From: Candidatus Hermodarchaeota archaeon
Lineage (GTDB): Archaea > Asgardarchaeota > Lokiarchaeia > Sigyniarchaeales > SOKP01
Assembly: GCA_048885525.1 (NCBI GenBank)
Contig: JBHLLP010000027.1
Span: forward strand, 7,118-47,389
Length of the DNA stretch: 40,272 bases
Reading direction: 5' to 3'
Shown in pieces: positions 38,272-40,272 of this stretch (position 1 is its first letter; the number at the start of each line of letters is the position of its first letter). The notes beneath the pieces were generated by a model. That model searched no databases, was not told the origin of the DNA, and saw only the letters and a list, made by a program, of their open reading frames with translations. Made by a program: the position numbers and the translations under genes.

Positions 38272-38712
38272 TTAGGATTTAAGTTTAGCTTGACAGAAAG
38301 GACAAATTGCGAGGTCTTCTTCTAATTGTTCTCCACAATAGGAACAAACTAACTTTTTTTTCTTCTCCTTTTTCTCTTTTGTCTTAACATCTGGTTTCTC
38401 TTCAGCTTCTTCTTCAAAACCTGTTTTATCAAGTATTTTTTCTTTGGGTGTCATATCTTTCTGCTTTTTTTTTGGTTTTTCGAATGGTTTATCTGAGTAT
38501 TCTAATTTTGTGAAGCAGTAAGGGCAATAGGATTTTGGTCTATTAGATAAATATATTCCGTAAGCTATTGCCGCGATTCCTAATGTAGCGACAATAACTA
38601 TACCCCAAACTACTTTTTGCATTGTTTCCATTGGTTTTCTCCGTGATTCTTCAACTTCTTTTTTGCAAACAGAACAATAAGCATATCGGATCTTCTTTGT
38701 CATTTTAACCAA
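38272..38712 (-). CDS. LITAF-like zinc-ribbon membrane protein with an additional C-terminal zinc ribbon
   Basis: CSVC - hydrophobic segment - CPYC, Lys/Glu-rich linker, CSYC-x10-CPFC. Confidence 0.65.
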   Translation of the reverse strand: MVKMTKKIRYAYCSVCKKEVEESRRKPMETMQKVVWGIVIVATLGIAAIAYGIYLSNRPKSYCPYCFTKLEYSDKPFEKPKKKQKDMTPKEKILDKTGFEEEAEEKPDVKTKEKKEKKKKLVCSYCGEQLEEDLAICPFCQAKLKS

Positions 38713-38798
38713 TCTTCAACTTAATAGACTATTTTGATTAAATAAATAATAATCAAGTTCTTTTTATAAATTATTATATTTTTTAAAATTGGACTAAC

Positions 38799-40121
38799 GT
38801 GCAAGAAAATTCATTCTATATTGAGACTTATGGATGCACTTCTAACAAGGCAGATTCATACATAATCTCAAATATCTTGCGAAAATCGAATTATAAGGAA
38901 ACAAATTTGGAAAAAGCTCAATTCATAATTATTAATACATGTGCAGTTAAAGAACAGACAGAAAATAAAATAAAAGCACGTTTAAAATATTTACAAGCTC
39001 AATATTACAAAAATCCTAATAAACATATTATAATTGCTGGATGTTTGCCTTTTATAGCTCCTAATTACATTGAAATTATTAAAAATATCATTCCTTCATT
39101 TGCTGCGTTAATAGATTTGAATAATTTCCAAGATCTACCAGAAATATTTCAAGAAATTAAGATTGGAAAGAAGAATATAATATCAAAATCAGATAAAGCA
39201 ATCGATAAAGCTAATTATTACATAGATCATTCTCCTGGAAAAATAACTGGAATAATTCCGATTTCAGAAGGATGTTTAGGATCTTGTACTTATTGTTGTG
39301 TAAAAAATGCGAGAGGTAGATTAAATTGCTATGATCCAAACAGTATTTTTCAAAATGTTGAATATCAGTTAAACCAAGGGATAAAACAAATATATTTAAC
39401 TTCACAGGACTGCAGTATATATCAATATGATGGAACAAATTTTTCGAATTTAGTAGGAAAAATAGTAAATTTAGACTATAAATTTTTTCTAAGAATAGGG
39501 ATGATAAATCCCAGCTTTTTACTTGAACATATTGACCAACTAATTTCAATTTTCAATCAGAAGAAAGTCTATCAATTTCTTCACATTCCAATTCAATCTG
39601 GAAGTAATAGTATCTTAAATAGAATGCAAAGAAAATATGTAATCTCTGATATAATTGATAATATTGATTTATTAAGGGAAAAATTCAAGAATCTAACTAT
39701 TTCTACAGATATTATATGTGGATTTCCTGGAGAAACTGAATATGATTTCTATAGAACAATTAATTTTATAAAATGGTTGAAACCCGAAATCCTAAATATC
39801 TCCAAATTCACCCCTCGCCCTGGAACTAAAGCAAAAGATATGGAGCAACTCAGTAGTAAAACTATAAAAGAAAGATCAATAAGGTTATCACACGTCTTTC
39901 GTAATAGTTTAACTGACATTAACAAAGATTGGGAAGATTGGGAGGGAGAAGTTTTGATTTTACATGAAGGAAAGGAGAATAATCAGGTTTTTGGAAGAAA
40001 TTTTGCCTATAAAAATATTTTCATAGATGATTATCAAGGGGGATTTGGGGATTTTGTTCAAGTCAAAATTGTAAAGATTGATGGATTTAATTTATATGGT
40101 ATCCCTATAAGTTCAAAATAA
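38799..40121 (+). CDS. mtaB: tRNA t6A37 methylthiotransferase (archaeal/eukaryotic MtaB/CDKAL1-type radical SAM)
   Basis: UPF0004 domain (ETYGC, INTCAVK, AGCL), CLGSCTYC radical SAM motif, RIGMINP, HIPIQSGS, TDIICGFPGET, C-terminal TRAM domain. Confidence 0.88.
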   Translation: MQENSFYIETYGCTSNKADSYIISNILRKSNYKETNLEKAQFIIINTCAVKEQTENKIKARLKYLQAQYYKNPNKHIIIAGCLPFIAPNYIEIIKNIIPSFAALIDLNNFQDLPEIFQEIKIGKKNIISKSDKAIDKANYYIDHSPGKITGIIPISEGCLGSCTYCCVKNARGRLNCYDPNSIFQNVEYQLNQGIKQIYLTSQDCSIYQYDGTNFSNLVGKIVNLDYKFFLRIGMINPSFLLEHIDQLISIFNQKKVYQFLHIPIQSGSNSILNRMQRKYVISDIIDNIDLLREKFKNLTISTDIICGFPGETEYDFYRTINFIKWLKPEILNISKFTPRPGTKAKDMEQLSSKTIKERSIRLSHVFRNSLTDINKDWEDWEGEVLILHEGKENNQVFGRNFAYKNIFIDDYQGGFGDFVQVKIVKIDGFNLYGIPISSK

Positions 40122-40135
40122 AAGATAGAAAAAAA

Positions 40136-40272
40136 TTAAGATAATTTAAAGTACTCTAGTGCTTTCTCTGCTACTAATTCGCCCCATTCTTGAACAAAAT
40201 GGCCAGCATCTTCTACATGAAATGGTTCGGAACAATTTCGGATTGCTTTTCTCACTCTTTCCATAATCGGAG
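40136..40272 (-). CDS. Haloalkane dehalogenase (DhlA-like), C-terminal fragment; gene begins beyond the window
   Basis: Not in the ORF track. Translates ..PIMERVRKAIRNCSEPFHVEDAGHFVQEWGELVAEKALEYFKLS*; DAGHFVQE is the catalytic-His motif of DhlA-type dehalogenases. Confidence 0.75.
   Translation of the reverse strand, partial: PIMERVRKAIRNCSEPFHVEDAGHFVQEWGELVAEKALEYFKLS

Noticed and set aside
2417-39549. Short overlapping or antisense ORFs in the track (e.g. 2417-2701, 2679-2882, 5326-5733, 5818-6102, 6610-6798, 7085-7315, 8176-8364, 11752-11946, 12871-13089, 13115-13300, 17059-17286, 20752-21045, 23728-23982, 25260-25451, 28758-28997, 30092-30298, 30729-30923, 31965-32147, 32474-32734, 35875-36087, 36532-36750, 37583-37786, 39211-39549)
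   Set aside because: Shadows of well-supported genes, with no recognisable motifs.

Overview
AT-rich archaeal DNA. The gene content (TPR, LRR, NosD-TM-zinc-finger proteins, LITAF-like protein, heliorhodopsin, archaeal-type MtaB, GTGA/GGAG ribosome-binding motifs) suggests an Asgard archaeon, probably Lokiarchaeia (inference). The main feature is an expanded family of membrane modules, each with 2 TM helices plus a left-handed beta-helix. There are three module types (A, B, C), always transcribed A-B-C, with 11 modules in 9 genes: AB-fusion + C, an orphan AB fusion, and two fully split A/B/C operons. The architecture resembles the three-repeat C-terminal region of Pls/PosA-type (poly-amino-acid) NRPSs but lacks the A-T domains; free-standing adenylating enzymes (GH3-like and acyl-CoA ligase) lie nearby. 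The ORF track misses a probable selenoprotein: a peroxiredoxin-like gene (11768-12244) with an in-frame TGA in a UxxC motif and a structured 3' UTR, divergent from a heliorhodopsin and close to UvsE. Also present are a tandemly duplicated two-gene receptor-like cassette (beta-helix-TM-RING-like; TM-Venus flytrap-FN3x2-TM), class II RNR with an ATP-cone, MtaB, and partial TPR and haloalkane dehalogenase genes at the edges. No rRNA, tRNA, CRISPR array or mobile element was recognised. All family assignments come from motif recognition, not database searches.
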